DNA of 64,000 bases, taken from NCBI GenBank assembly GCA_009103225.1, contig RHPI01001946.1, forward strand, positions 186,001-250,000. Direction: 5' to 3'. Both the position numbers and the translations under genes were made by a program. Below the pieces are notes generated by a model. It was not told where the DNA came from. It saw only the letters and a list, made by a program, of their open reading frames with translations, and made no database searches. Origin of the DNA: Chlorokybus atmophyticus. Taxonomy: Eukaryota > Plantae > Mesostigma and Chlorokybus algae. Below, piece after piece: positions 37,404 to 50,131 of the stretch; the stretch's first letter is position 1, and each line of letters begins with the position of its first letter.

Positions 37404-38227
37404 CTAATAACGATACTTGGTTGAGTAATCTTTAGGGGAAACCACTAGACCCCTGCCTTTGCGTGCGCCCCGATACACTGTTTCCACAATATCAATGAAT
37501 TCCTGCCAAAGTATCACACATCAGTGCTCATTGCAGCCACGCAGCTCCGGTAATGCTTCCATGACTGACAACTGCACGTATAAGTTCACCTGGTTTCAGC
37601 CAGACTTGTAAGAACTTGCGAAACCTGTTGTACACTACTACTGCACATACAACTCAACACTGCAGAGACTCTTACCTGCTTGTTGGTAAATGCCCAATTT
37701 ATCTTGTTGTTGTTACCAGTTCCAAGATCGATCATGATGTGCTTGTTGCGGAAGAAGAACATAATCGTGCATGGATCGTACAACTCGTACATCGTGTTGA
37801 AGTCCGGAACCTGCAGAAGCGCACATATTCAGCTTCAGATCCGAATGGTTCATGCTATTCTTTTACGGAAACAGAGATAATTATTTTCTTTGCCAGTTTG
37901 CCAAACTCATGCTAATTATTGGCATTGATATGCTGCTGGTACCACAAACTGCAACCAATCCAACCAAGAGAATAATGAATGCTGTGACTTGTTGGAGAAA
38001 GACCTGTCACACGCGTAAAGAGGAAGCCTGACCTTGGTGATGTCAACGAGGTAGATCACTGCAAAATTCTTCACAGCGTCAGCGACGGCAGCGAGGACCT
38101 CGTCCATCTGCATGCACTGCTCGTCCCAGTCATGGCCGAACCGGATGATTACAACCCTGTCCTCCTCGCCCAGGATCGCCTGATCTACCGCCCAGCCGCT
38201 GTGCAAGTGCGGCAGCAGGTAGGACAT
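37404..38227 (-). CDS. DIM1: U5 snRNP 15-kDa thioredoxin-like protein Dim1, 3 exons, 142 aa
   Basis: Exons 38227-38033, 37810-37676 and 37502-37404 with GT-AG junctions give MSYLLPHLHSGWAVDQAI...VDITK|VPDFNTMYELYDPCTIMFFFRNKHIMIDLGTGNNNKINWAFTNKQ|EFIDIVETVYRGARKGRGLVVSPKDYSTKYRY*. Confidence 0.99.
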
Positions 38228-38676
38228 CCTTCCTCCTCCTGCTCCAACACCCTTCCTCTCCCACACAACCCTAACACCGCAAAACACGCCCCAGGTAACA
38301 CCAGCTCCACAGCGCACGGCCGCCGCCTAGTCAGCACAACACCTCTCTGCAGCAGTATTACGCTCTTGACGTCGTGATTGTCGCCGCCGCAGCCGCCGTC
38401 AGCATCAACGATAGCAGCGATGGCCGGACTGGGTCCAGGACTACACGCAGCTCAAGACGGCTTGTCACGAACCCTCCACGTGTATCAACGAATTGTTACT
38501 TGCCCGGTCGCCTTATCATAGTGCCGGGCAGTGCCCGGCGGGCACTGAGTGCCCCCCCGTTATGGTTTGCAATGTCATTTCACGGACGCAACCTGTACAT
38601 AAAGTCCCGCACGCGATCAGACTGTGGCAGGTAAGCCTTAGCTAAGCCTCAAGGGCTGGGAACATAAGTGGGTAGC

Positions 38677-38703
38677 GTCGACTGTCGACAGTCGACCGTC
38701 GAC
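38677..38703. promoter_or_regulatory. Four GTCGAC hexamers at 7-bp period in the DIM1/NPK1 divergent promoter
   Basis: gtcgactgtcgacagtcgaccgtcgac; 38677-38696 is a perfect 20-bp palindrome. The regulatory role is inferred from position only. Confidence 0.5.
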
Positions 38704-39034
38704 GTTCGGTCCAGACTGTCCAGACTGAGGCAAATCTTACGGCACGCGCGTACTAGTCGTTGAAAGCTTCGAATTCATGTAACAATCGGGCCGTTTGCAA
38801 GGTTGGAGCGCGCGCTGCGGGCTAGCTGTGAACAAACGCGGGTGGGCATCGTTCAGGTGTGCAGCTAGTTTGAGCTACAAGCGCAGCTGGCTGTGGCTGC
38901 GAGGGCTTTGGCTGGGGCGGCGGCGGCGGCGGCGGCGGCGGCTGAGGAGGCGGCTAAGGAGGGGGGTGGATAGCGGTGTCGATCAGGAGGCGTGTGATGT
39001 GGCCGCTCTCCGTCTCTGCTTGCTTTCTGTCGTG

Positions 39035-42000
39035 ATGTGGTTCAGCAAGGCGCTGGACAAGTGGAAGCGCAAGCAGAAGGCGAAAACCCTCAGGCGGCGG
39101 CTTGAAGCGCCGCCGGCACCGCCGCCGCCGGCTTTGGGAGCAGTGGGTGGACTTGGAAGGGGAGTTGGTGGTGGTGCTGGTTCATACCCCGTTGGGACAT
39201 TGTACGTGCCGCAAGCCTCCCCACCGCTGTCACCTCCACGGCCCCCTCCTCCACAACGGCAGCCTCCCCCGCCGCCTGCTCCTGCCGCCGAGCCGCTCAA
39301 GGCTCTCCCTGCTGTGCCCCACACGGAATACGGGTTTGCTGACACTCCAAGGCAATCTGTAAGCAATGAGCCGTGCAACTGTTGTTCACATGCAGCACGT
39401 TTGTTCTTTTCTTGAATAAAACACAACAGTTGCTTATTATTTTACATCTGCATGGCATGCGCAAGAGAAGCACGCCAGTTACAGCAAGTACTTTTTGTGT
39501 CTTTGCGTGGCTCGCAATGTTGCTAGTATTGCATACAGAGCACGAGCTTTGCTCAAATAGCAGCTGACCGGTCGCTGACTGTGATGCAATGCGAGTGTGA
39601 GTTTTTCTGGCATGTGTGTCTGCTTTTACACGCAAGAATTGTCCCGTTTCTTGCATAAAGCTATGTATAACCGAATGCATGCGTGTGCAGGAGCTGTATG
39701 ACAGCTTCGATGAAAGGTACCAAGCGGAAGAGCGCGACGATGTCCCGGATCTACCGAGTGCAACACCGACCTTCTCTGTCTACCCAATACAGGTGCATGG
39801 ACTGGCACACAGATACACGGCTACTGCTGTGTTTTTGAGAGAACTCAACACATGCTGACATGAGCGCATGTGCGTTTGCAGCAGGCTGCACCCTTGCCGC
39901 CGAAGCCTTTCAGATGGAGGAAAGGGGACTGCATTGGCTCGGGGGCGTTTGGCCGAGTGTATAAGGCCATGAACGATGAGTCGGGGGAACTCATAGCCGT
40001 CAAGCAGGTATGCTCTATGTCCCGAGTGTTATACCATCAGTGACCAAGCATGAGCAGTGCACTGGTACAACACAGCACATTGTCGTTAACTTGGCTGTTG
40101 TGCAGGTGGTTGTGCCCATCAACAGCGCCACTGACAGAGACAGAGCACAACAGGAGATGGCTGATTTTGAGAAGGAGGTCAACCTGTTGCGCACTTTTGA
40201 TCACCCGAACATTGTGGTAAGGGTGCTTGCCGCAGCTCACGGAGCCAATGGGCTATCTTTTGTGCATTACATGCAATGACAGTCCGGGACTGGCGTGCAG
40301 CGTTACTTGGGCACAGAGAGACACGACAACTGTATCAATATCTTCCTCGAGTTTGTTCCTGGTGGCTCTATAGCTTCCTTGCTATCGCAATTTCATCGCT
40401 TCAACGAAAAGGTAGCCCAGTTGGAATGTTGCTGCCTATACACAGCTGCTGGGGTTGGCATGCGCTGATGATGTTACAACAGGTGATCAGGTCGTACACT
40501 CGGCAGCTATTGCTCGGGCTTGAGTACCTGCACAAGCATGGTGTCATGCATCGTGACATCAAGGGTGCAAACATACTGGTGGACAAAGTCGGCGTCATAA
40601 AGCTTGCAGACTTTGGTGCATCCAAGAAGCTGCAGAATCTGGTATGTGGTCACATGGTTGCTTGTATAATATTTAGCATTCATCAAGGTACTAAGCGCAT
40701 CCCCAATACAGGTTACCATAGCAGAAGGTGTAAAGTCTATCAAAGGTACCCCCTACTGGATGGCGCCAGAAGTCATCAAACAGGAGGGCCATGGCCGGCA
40801 AGCAGACATATGGAGTGTCGCATGTACAGTGATTGAAATGGCGACCGGCAAGCCACCATGGAGTCAATATGAATCTCAAGTACGCAAGTCAGCTCTTTAA
40901 ATGCAACAACTCTGTGCTCTGGTATGGGCTATGTTATGAATGGCTGCCTGTTGTTGCAGGTGGCGGCTCTTTTCCGCATAGCTCAGGATACAGAACCACC
41001 ACCGTTTCCAGAGTATTTATCAGCGGAGGGCAAGGACTTCTTGCTGAAATGCTTCAACAGGTCGGTAGTACTCTCTGGTGCAAAGGGAGTTGCATCGTTG
41101 TTGTGTGCACAGCACTTCCATCAGTAATTTGTCATTTGCAAGTGAGTGACTGTGTCAACAACAGGATCCCAAAAGACCGTCCTACAGCAACAGAGCTGCT
41201 GAGGGTTCGTGCGTGTTGGGAAGGACCTGCCTGCATGTGGGGCATCTTGTGGAACAATCTTAACAAACATGTCTTCCTTTTGCAGCATCCCTTCATCACC
41301 AATTCCTTGCCTGAATTGGATCGCAATGACAGTCTACCAAAGCGAGTTACTCCCCACCCATCCCCTGTAAGCGGTGCCTGCGGCATCTGCAGGTGTTGTT
41401 ACTCATCAATCGTGTGTTGTTGCTGATCACCTTCAGTTGTATGCAGAGCACCGATCGCAGTTCTGCACGCAGCGGTCACAGCACCAGCCTCACTCAAAGC
41501 ACATCCGGAACGGGCACGGCACTTCAGTAAGTGTCCACAGCAGCATATCGCACGTGTTTAGTCAGCATAGCTTTGGAATCAGCTTGTATCATAGTTGGAC
41601 ATTGCAATGTGTATTGCTGACTCTACACGTGTCATTTATCTATGTCAAGGCTGCAGTGGGTGTTACTAATGTCTACATCTTGTTACATGGTTGTTGCTTA
41701 AACTGTGTCCGTTTACTTGCATGCTGATATGTACTAAATGAATCACATTGCAGGTTCAACTCTACTAGCACAGATAGTGGAGCATCTGCAGCAGATCTTA
41801 AGGATCTCAAGGCACGGTTGCTCACCCAAACGCCACATGTGGATGCGCAAGGTGCGCACCAGCAGCGCAGCAGAGGACCTTCACCAGCACCATCTCCTAG
41901 GTGTAAAACTCCAATCCCCACCATTGCAATATCAGCTCCGCCTCCTGCTCACCAAAGTGGCGAATACGGTGCTGGTGACTCGTATGAAGGCATGCACGAC

Positions 42001-43195
42001 ACGCTGGTGGGTTGTTTTGTGGTCATGCACCGACAAACAGTCACTGCGATGCATTTGCGATGTGCTCAATCTCAGATGCTTGTTGTTCTTCAGAATATGT
42101 TGAATCCAGTTGCCGAGGGGACTGTGGACATCCACCACTTTGATCACCTCGCATATCCTGTCAAGACAGATCCAAACTATGCAGACACACTGGTAAAGTG
42201 CACTGCTTGCCAAGAAGTGAGTAGACCTCTTGCATGACTTGCGAACTGTGATTGGTTATTGCAGATGGATATCAACCCCATCATGGAGCCAAGCTACGCT
42301 GGTGGAAACATAAGCATGTGGAATGCTATTGCTGCACACAGCAACAAGGAGAATGTAGAAGAGACCAGACGCTCAGGGCCCAGCACACTGCACAATGATT
42401 CAAACGCAACTGAAAACAGCATCTTAGACTTCATCAAGATTAAGGTGATGGGTGAGGACTTGTTTCATGCCGTGCACATGTTGCTGACATTAACATACCA
42501 CAGGTCACAGAACAATTTGGAACTGTACAAGCTTCTGGTGAGCAGCAGATGCAGTCAGAGGCTCCTGTGTTGAGACGGCAGCTGAGTGGTGTGTCTGGTA
42601 CGTATCAATTCATCATGTTTGCGGTGCACTTCGTAAAGCTTACAGTGTAGCTATATAAGTATTCTCCTGGACTGGATACAGCATGCCATGTGTGTGTAGC
42701 ATGTGAAGCTGACTATTGTTACCACCATAGCATCTGACATGTCTATTGTGCGTGAACAGCGCCCTCAACGCCAACAAGGCCGCCAGCAGGTCCAGTGTAC
42801 AGAGTAATGGGCAACGGAGGTGGGGGAGGCTCAAACTTGCCGTCGCCAATGGCTGAGACACCAGTGAATTTGCTGAGTGGACGTACAGCGCAACGCACCG
42901 GGGGTGCTGTGGTCGATGACAGCAGGCGCAGCAAGCAGGAAGAGTGGAACAAGGACCTGCAAGACTTGCTGCAACTCAAACGAGGTACGTGGTGGTTGTT
43001 GTGTATCTTACCTGTGTGCCGAACAATGGAGCAGTTTACAGAGTTGTCACCATGTGTTGGAGCTTGTCTGACATTGCCGCTGTACTTTTGTGCACAGTTG
43101 AACGGTCTGCACGCAAGCCGGAACAGCCACCGCAGGTACCAATACAGAGGCAAAGCAGTGTACCGCAAAGTGGACCACGTCGAGCATTGTTTTAG
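39035..43195 (+). CDS. NPK1/ANP: NPK1/ANP-type MAP kinase kinase kinase, multi-exon
   Basis: [25 protein letters not shown]; [14 protein letters not shown]|RYLG; [15 protein letters not shown]; [24 protein letters not shown]; [40 protein letters not shown]; C-terminal [17 protein letters not shown] resembles the NACK-binding coiled coil; stop TAG 43193-43195. Pro-rich N-terminal extension; the start codon is inferred. Confidence 0.93.
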
Positions 43196-44789
43196 CAGCA
43201 GTTTGTATGCAGCAGGCAGTAGGCAGTTGTGAGCGATGGTGGCGTTGTAGTAGACATTACTTAAGTTGGTTTTACATGCTGGGGACACCAGCATGGTGTT
43301 CATAATATTCAATCCCCTGATGGCGTTATACCAAAGTCACAATATTACATACCATTCTGTTGATCGTGTTTATATAAAGCTGCACTGGTTAGTCCTAATT
43401 GGCTCACCAATCTCTTGACGCCTAGTAATAGAACCACTGCTTGTCCCCCATATATGCCGACGCACAGGCAGATAAGATAGGTACGTGTGCTGGCTTGCAG
43501 TCGCATGTACAAACAATGCGGGGCGTGCTTGCTCATGCATCGTGTCATACATATGTCACCAAGCACACAGCATACAGCAGGCGCACATCCTCACAGATGT
43601 TCAACCACCAGGCTATACTACCCCATCTAGGCTAACAACTACACCACCACCCCGTTGTTCATGCAAGCGTGCATGCAGCAAAATGTAGTTATCTGTACCA
43701 GCACGAGCGTGTGACTTTGTGTTGATGCACGCGCACTCAGGCATAGCGTCCACATATGTATGCAATAGCGCACTATCGAAATTGACGTATTCGTGCATGA
43801 TATTGCGATTCATATGCGCTATTGTTACAATGGTGCGAGCGCAAATAATATAATCGTACCAATGAGGCTTGTTAGTGACATGCTGTTTGCGTGCATCGCA
43901 TTGAACATTCAACAATGATATAAATGGTAGCACTTTACACTACCAATATCAGCAAGAATATAATAGCAATCCGTATTTAGTATAGATTGACATGTATGCA
44001 TATCACATACACAATATGGTACGCATGTTGTGTCAATCATCATATAATTGACTACTCACATAGGGTATAGAAATCAAATCAAATTGAATCATCAGAGACA
44101 TTCCCTCAAGCATGGATTAGCACACACGCACACGCACAGTCACACCACCAGACGCACTTAGAGAATCGTCATATCCAAACTGTTACGCATTGCAATTCAC
44201 AAGTAGTGCGCAAGTCACGAGGTACAAAAAACCGCTTGCAATGGTATACTCACATATGAAGCACACTATCGTGCCTTCTTTCTCATATATTTTTATGCAA
44301 CCTGTTTGCGTGATGGCAAATATGATACTTCACGTGTGCGAAACGTGTATATATAATCTCTTATTGCATTTGAACCATGCAACACAGCAGTGTACATATC
44401 TACTGGCAATGAAATAAAAGGGCATGGGGCCGCGTCGTAAAATGGAGTATTCAATTTTTAGGTTGCCGGACATGATTACCGGTAATGACTCCGAACAATT
44501 GATAATCATTTTCCATTAGAAGCTATATCTTTCACCGTAATCTTGATTTTAGATTACAGTTGACGGTTCGGCAAACACCTACAAAGGCACTACACGCTAT
44601 TAGATATACGGATTGTATCGGTGGGGAGCATGCGATATCATATGGCATCCGGTGCTCGCTACATGTTCGAATGATCATGCTGTGTGGCATGTGCTCTTAT
44701 GCTCATGTTGCTATGTCCGCGTGATCATGTGGCCGCATAACCTTAACCCTAGCCAATAACGCCTACAGCCTTTTGCTTGGCTATTCTGC

Positions 44790-46700
44790 CCGTTACAAGG
44801 GTACAAGACCAACTGCAGCACATATATAGCGGTTGTGGAGGCGGGGCTGTAAAGCATTGTCAAGTCCACATTCAAATTGTCCGTGTCGTGGCTTTGCTAG
44901 CTGTTTCAAAGCGGGGATGTTCAAACCTGTGCCTGTGCTTCTGCCCTCCCCTCCCTGCGCTATCACTGCTCGTCGAAAGTATATATGTGAGCTGACGTCA
45001 GCTCCCTCCGCACCGTTCAACCTTGCACACAGCCCACCCTCTAGCCTTAAGTAATGGTTGGTTGCTAGCCATGACTTGAGCGTGTGCTTGTTGCTGTCCC
45101 ATTGCCTTTGCCTGCTTGCTGCTTGGATTATATACCATATACAGTCAAAGCAGCTATTACCGTATGTGTTCCAGCAGTTTGCAAAGGCTTGTATGAGTTT
45201 GCGGACGCAAAGCATTGCCAGCTACAACAACCTGGGGCCTTGAAACCTTGGGTGCAAGCGGTGATCAAAGAGGTGATGTCCAATGTCACTGTGCGCTTGC
45301 ATGTCATGCCTATCACTAACTTGCAGCAGTGCAAGCTGTACACAGTTGCGCAACTTCGCTTGAATCCAACATCAATACTGCAACAACACTTTGTTATCAC
45401 GAAAGTAGATTAGTGCTCTATCACTTTCGTGGTTGTATGGAAGGCTTAATATTTGTCTGCCTTGCATGCGGAACTGCAAACGTCGACTTATACACTGCAA
45501 GTTGACAGCTCGCAGGACATACTACGGAGACACAAAGCTTTTAACGATGAGCATGCGTTTGTCTCGGCACCAATTGGATGCGCACCACGCTTGCCACACC
45601 TATCCCTCACCATGAAGTTGCACAAAGCTCTATTAGCAACGCTTTATGTTGCTGCCTTTGACTCTACCCTGACTGATGCTAGCACTTGGCTAACAAGGGT
45701 GTACAAGCAGATTTCTGATGTGCTTGATATGTTATGGCAAGATGCCACATGCATCTCACAAGCGCGCCACAGCTGAATTCTAAAGGACTTACTAAGATTT
45801 GCCCGTCTTTGCTAACAATTGAACACTACCAGAACCACCGAAAAAAAGGAACAGCCGCTGCACTAGCCACCTTTGATCTTACGGCGTTGTACACCAAGCT
45901 GCAGCAACATGACCTATGGCAACGCATGTGTGAGTTGGTGGATATGGTGTTGGCAAGAATGCACACATTGCACCGCGCAACACATCTGCATATCATGGTG
46001 GTGAAAGGGTGCTGTCGCACAAGTGGGTATGCAGAGATACAGTTACAACTACTGAGGGCACAACACGCACTTTCAAGCCAACGCAATTGCATGCACTATT
46101 GCGGTTTGTATTGGATAACTTGTTTGTGCAGACGTCCACTGATACTGTGCACAGACAATGCATTTAGGATTTTGATGGGGAATCTTGCAGGCGTCTACCT
46201 AGCTAACAACACGCTGTTCACCTATGACTTGGACTTCATTCAACGCGTGAAGGCTTTGGGTGACCCTAATTTATTGCTGCGCTTTGCAACATGCATTGTG
46301 CGTATGATGACAACTTGTTTGTGGCTGGCATCCATAAGTTTGAGCAAGCACTGTATCTGTCATCTGATGCTTTGCCTGGGGGTTTGTATCCCCAACAGAT
46401 GCTGACGGTCACTTAGTCAGCAGGAAACGCAATGCCGTTCTTAGGCTTATGTGTCTTTCAGACCAAGATCATTGAAGTCTGCACCAAGGTCTACAACAAG
46501 CGATTACAAACGGCGTATCAGGGTGTGCCAGTGCGAAGGGCCCCCCACCCGCATTCCAACATTGTAAGATCAACTAAAGAGGGAGTTGTCGTGTCATAGT
46601 GCATTTGTTTTCTCCACATTTCCACCTACCGCTCACATTTCTTGTCGGAAATGGTGGTGCTGCTGATTGCTATGTGTGCTGATGGACACAATCAACAACA
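44790..46700 (+). mobile_element. Decayed Penelope-like retroelement (reverse transcriptase remnant)
   Basis: Motifs in order: LQQHFVITKVD*..VW..YL..L.AEL...TY; RLPHLSLTMKLHK; LATFDLTALYTKL..DLW.RM.EL; GNLAGVYLAN..LFTYDLDF; AYDDNL (decayed YxDD); TKVYNKR..P.PHSNI..GVVVS (thumb). Several stops and frameshifts, no introns. Confidence 0.78.
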
Positions 46701-48587
46701 ATTGTTACGAAGGTTGCGGGGTAAGCTGTGGAGCATGCAAAGACAGGCTTATGACACAAACTACAAATAAGTGTATAACATGATGCTGCAACGTTTGGGG
46801 ATTGGCAGCGCAAGCAATGATAGGTAAGTACAGGTGAGTTTTGGGTAAGTACGGTGTGGGGAGCAGATACATTGCTCGCATACATGTTAGGCCACTGCCT
46901 GCTAGACTCGCTACTTCTCACTTAGGATGCTACTATGCTACTTGTGCTAATGCCCATGCTATAGACCACAATGCCTACGTGATGCACTGCCCTGCTGTGC
47001 AATTCACACTAGTATTGCACTGGGCGTTCCAACTGGACAATGCAGCCGTTGTGAGTGCCAGCGGAGACACTAGCGGCTACTAAAGTATTGGTGGCGGCTG
47101 CTGGAGATGTGGCCGTAGCTGTTGTTGAGTCCAAGTCGTGCTTGCTGCTGCGTGGTGTGAACGCGGCTGACGCGCTCCTGCTGGTGCTGGCAGGTGATCC
47201 CAAGTCCTTGCTGCTGTTCTCCCCCTCCCCTAACCCCCTCCCTTTCTCGCTTGCTGCTAGCTAGTGCATATAGCTAGCATAGAGGCCCCCCCATCCTATG
47301 TTGTTGCAGCTGCTATGCTGTATGCTGCATTGGCTCTGCTGCTTGTACTGCAATCTACCTTGCACTAGCTCACGACCCCTCGATTATTGTGTCTTATACA
47401 TCGTGCACAGCAGATACATATTGTGGTCAAATCTGATTGCATTGCGCATGGTAAGCTACGATGTGGCTGGCTCTGTAAGAAGATTGTTTCTGTTGTTCAG
47501 AGCCACTTTACAAGCAAACATACGTAAAAAATCCAAAGTGGCTGCTATGAGCCATCTGATTTTAGTGTTCCGGTTGACAATCGGAACACTAACAAAGGCG
47601 GGGCTGTGATTGAGCCTACGATCGCGGGGGCTCACGGGCGCTGGATTAGATCACGCCGGTCGTGGAGAGCTTCATTGACTGTTTGCAAGCCCCTTGTCAA
47701 TGATGTGTGTGTGTGGGTTCAGGGACCCATGATTACACCAATGGACCCTCAAAAGCTGCGTGCATGGCGATGACGCGTCCACGTCAGTTAGGCTGCGTCC
47801 CCGCGGCCCATCCTGACACGTCCGATCGATCCGCTTTCCTCTTCGCGCGCTGCAGATCGGCGCCAAGCTAGGTCCCAGGACAGGCCTCGTTTACCAGAGT
47901 CGACGGATTCCACATGAAGTCGTGCTTAGGACCAGCGTTCCAACCATATCTCTGCTTTAGGACGGACAGTAGATTCATCTTAGGCTGGCGACGGTTCGGC
48001 CAGCGTACATCAAAAGCAAGAGCCAACCGCACTCCGACGCAAACTGCCCCAGTCACCAACTTCTTACGCGAAAGGACGAATGAATCACAGCTGATTCACG
48101 ACACTGCCTCAGCCCCTGATTTAGATCACAGCTCAATCGATTTCCTACCAAGCCTCCGAATCACTGAATCTCCGTCACTGAGTCGAAATCTCCCGATGCA
48201 CTGAGTGAATCATCGACTGAATCAGTTGAAGTGGTGACTGAGGCACCAGCCTAAGGCGCAACGGCCAACTAAGCGTCCACAAGCAGCCGCGGTTGCAACT
48301 TGCTGTGGTGGTGTCGTTGAGCTCGGCGGCGGCGGTGTTTGAGGCGGTGGCGGTCGTGTGTTGGGTTTGCTTTGCTAGATAAACTCAGCTGCGGCGTCAA
48401 ACAGAGTTCTGTGTGATTGTTTTCTTGCTGGGTTGTTGTGCGGTTGGAAGCTCCGGATCGGAGAATAGTGTACCGACAAGCCTTTGAGGGTGAGGGAGGC
48501 TTCGAGGGTGCCAGCTGCGTACAAGCGTGTAAGGGCTTTGAGAGCCTTCTACAGAGTTCATCAAGCTCTTTCTCCACCCTTCCAGAC

Positions 48588-48998
48588 ATGGCGCCCGCGT
48601 TGGTGCTGGCGCAAGGGGCATCGCAATTGCTGGCGCAGGGGGCGCAAGCTGCGGGGCTCGTTCTTGGCGTGATGATGGTGCGGGAGCAGCTCATGCCACA
48701 GGTAAGCAATCGTTTATTTCACTCGTTCGTACCATGCTCGCACCACTTGCTAGGGTTTCAACCAACCTTCTCTATTCCACACACGCAGCCTCCAAGGATG
48801 AGCAAGCGAGACAGCCATGTGCCGAGCTGCCCCAGGTGCAACGGGTCTGGTAGGGAAGAATGCTTCTGCAACCGATGGTCTGATGGCGACGTCGGCTGCA
48901 GCAGTTGTGTCGGTACCGGCATGACGGCCTGCCGATCTTGCGGTGGCAGCGGCACGGGCAGACCAATACCTGTCAAGTTGAGAGTTGACCGGAGGTAG
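48588..48998 (+). CDS. Small DnaJ-type cysteine-rich zinc-finger protein (At5g43260-like)
   Basis: Exon 1 48588-48701 (hydrophobic MAPALVLAQ..GLVLGVMMVREQLMPQ), intron 48702-48788 (gtaagc..cag), exon 2 CPRCNGSGREECFCNRWSDGDVGCSSCVGTGMTACRSCGGSGTGRPIP with CxxCxGxG repeats and the CxRWSDGDVGC signature. Confidence 0.92.
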   Translation: MAPALVLAQGASQLLAQGAQAAGLVLGVMMVREQLMPQVSNRLFHSFVPCSHHLLGFQPTFSIPHTQPPRMSKRDSHVPSCPRCNGSGREECFCNRWSDGDVGCSSCVGTGMTACRSCGGSGTGRPIPVKLRVDRR

Positions 48999-50131
48999 GT
49001 ATTTCACTTTTACTCTCCGTGTCTGTAGCTGTGTGTGTGGATGTGGAATGTTTGCTCAGTTGCTGTGTTTTGACTTGCAGGTGATTTTGCTTCAGTGGTG
49101 CCTCTTGTAAGTATAGCTAGTAAGTGTTGGTTACACGAGTTTGTTAGATTGAAGTGGATAGTACAGCATAGTGCGACAGATTTGATGGGTGGCTCTGTTG
49201 TGGACAGAGCCGTACAGTGCGTGGACTTCTGTATATATCTGAAGCGCATTGTACCCTGATTTCATGGTCGCATGCTGCTGCTTGGTGCATAGCGCAGGAT
49301 GGGTTTCACGGCAGGTATGTGACACTTACATACCTGCTGCGCTTGCAGACGTTGTCACCAGTCCTGACACATGACACAATTATCAAGTCTTACAAGTCGT
49401 ACATAGTAACAAGCTGATAGCCCTGTGCAAGCAAGAACAGTTGTGGATATTATGATAAGATGAGAGTACTACAGCAGCATGCTTCACAGATGTAATCGCT
49501 GCCTGCTTCGCTGCCAATACCTTCTGCTTAATAGTCTGAAGCCTAAGTTTGCGTCATTGTCTGCTCTGTTCCTCTCTTCATCTCAAAACATCACTTTTGC
49601 CTTGAATGACAAAATGATTGAAAATGCAGCCCCAACCTGTTTATGTACCTTGCGTGACATGGTTGCCTGGCAGCTAGCAAACCACTTTTGTAATTTTGCT
49701 TAGTTGTAAATGTGGGCAAAGGCCGTTTTACAACAGTTAACTGCGTACAAATGCAAACAGACATACACTGTCTAACGTGTACTTTATGAGTGGCGTTGAC
49801 CCAGATACACACCAGCAAGTTACTTGAGGCCAAGAGCCTGTGCGGGGTACATTGTTAGTCATTATGCCTTGATATTATGCAAATCATCTGCATCCCTCCA
49901 GTTCATACCAGAGCTTGCACAAGCCTTAATGAATGGAGGAGCACAACCGTCAAGATGCTGGGTACAAAAGTACACATACTATTATAAGGTATCATACCAC
50001 CTGCTGTAATGTATGACACAGGTCAACGGACGGTAATCTCAAGCCAGCATGCTCCAGTATTGCTTACCACTCTGGCTTTGGCGTTGTCTTGTACCAAAAA
50101 GCAGGCATGTCGATCTCAAGTGCAGGTATGC

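Noticed and set aside
48417-48998. 193-aa ORF as a single-exon protein
   Set aside because: It reads through an in-frame 87-nt intron (48702-48788) and starts at a non-ATG codon in the 5' UTR; the spliced model from ATG 48588 fits the family.
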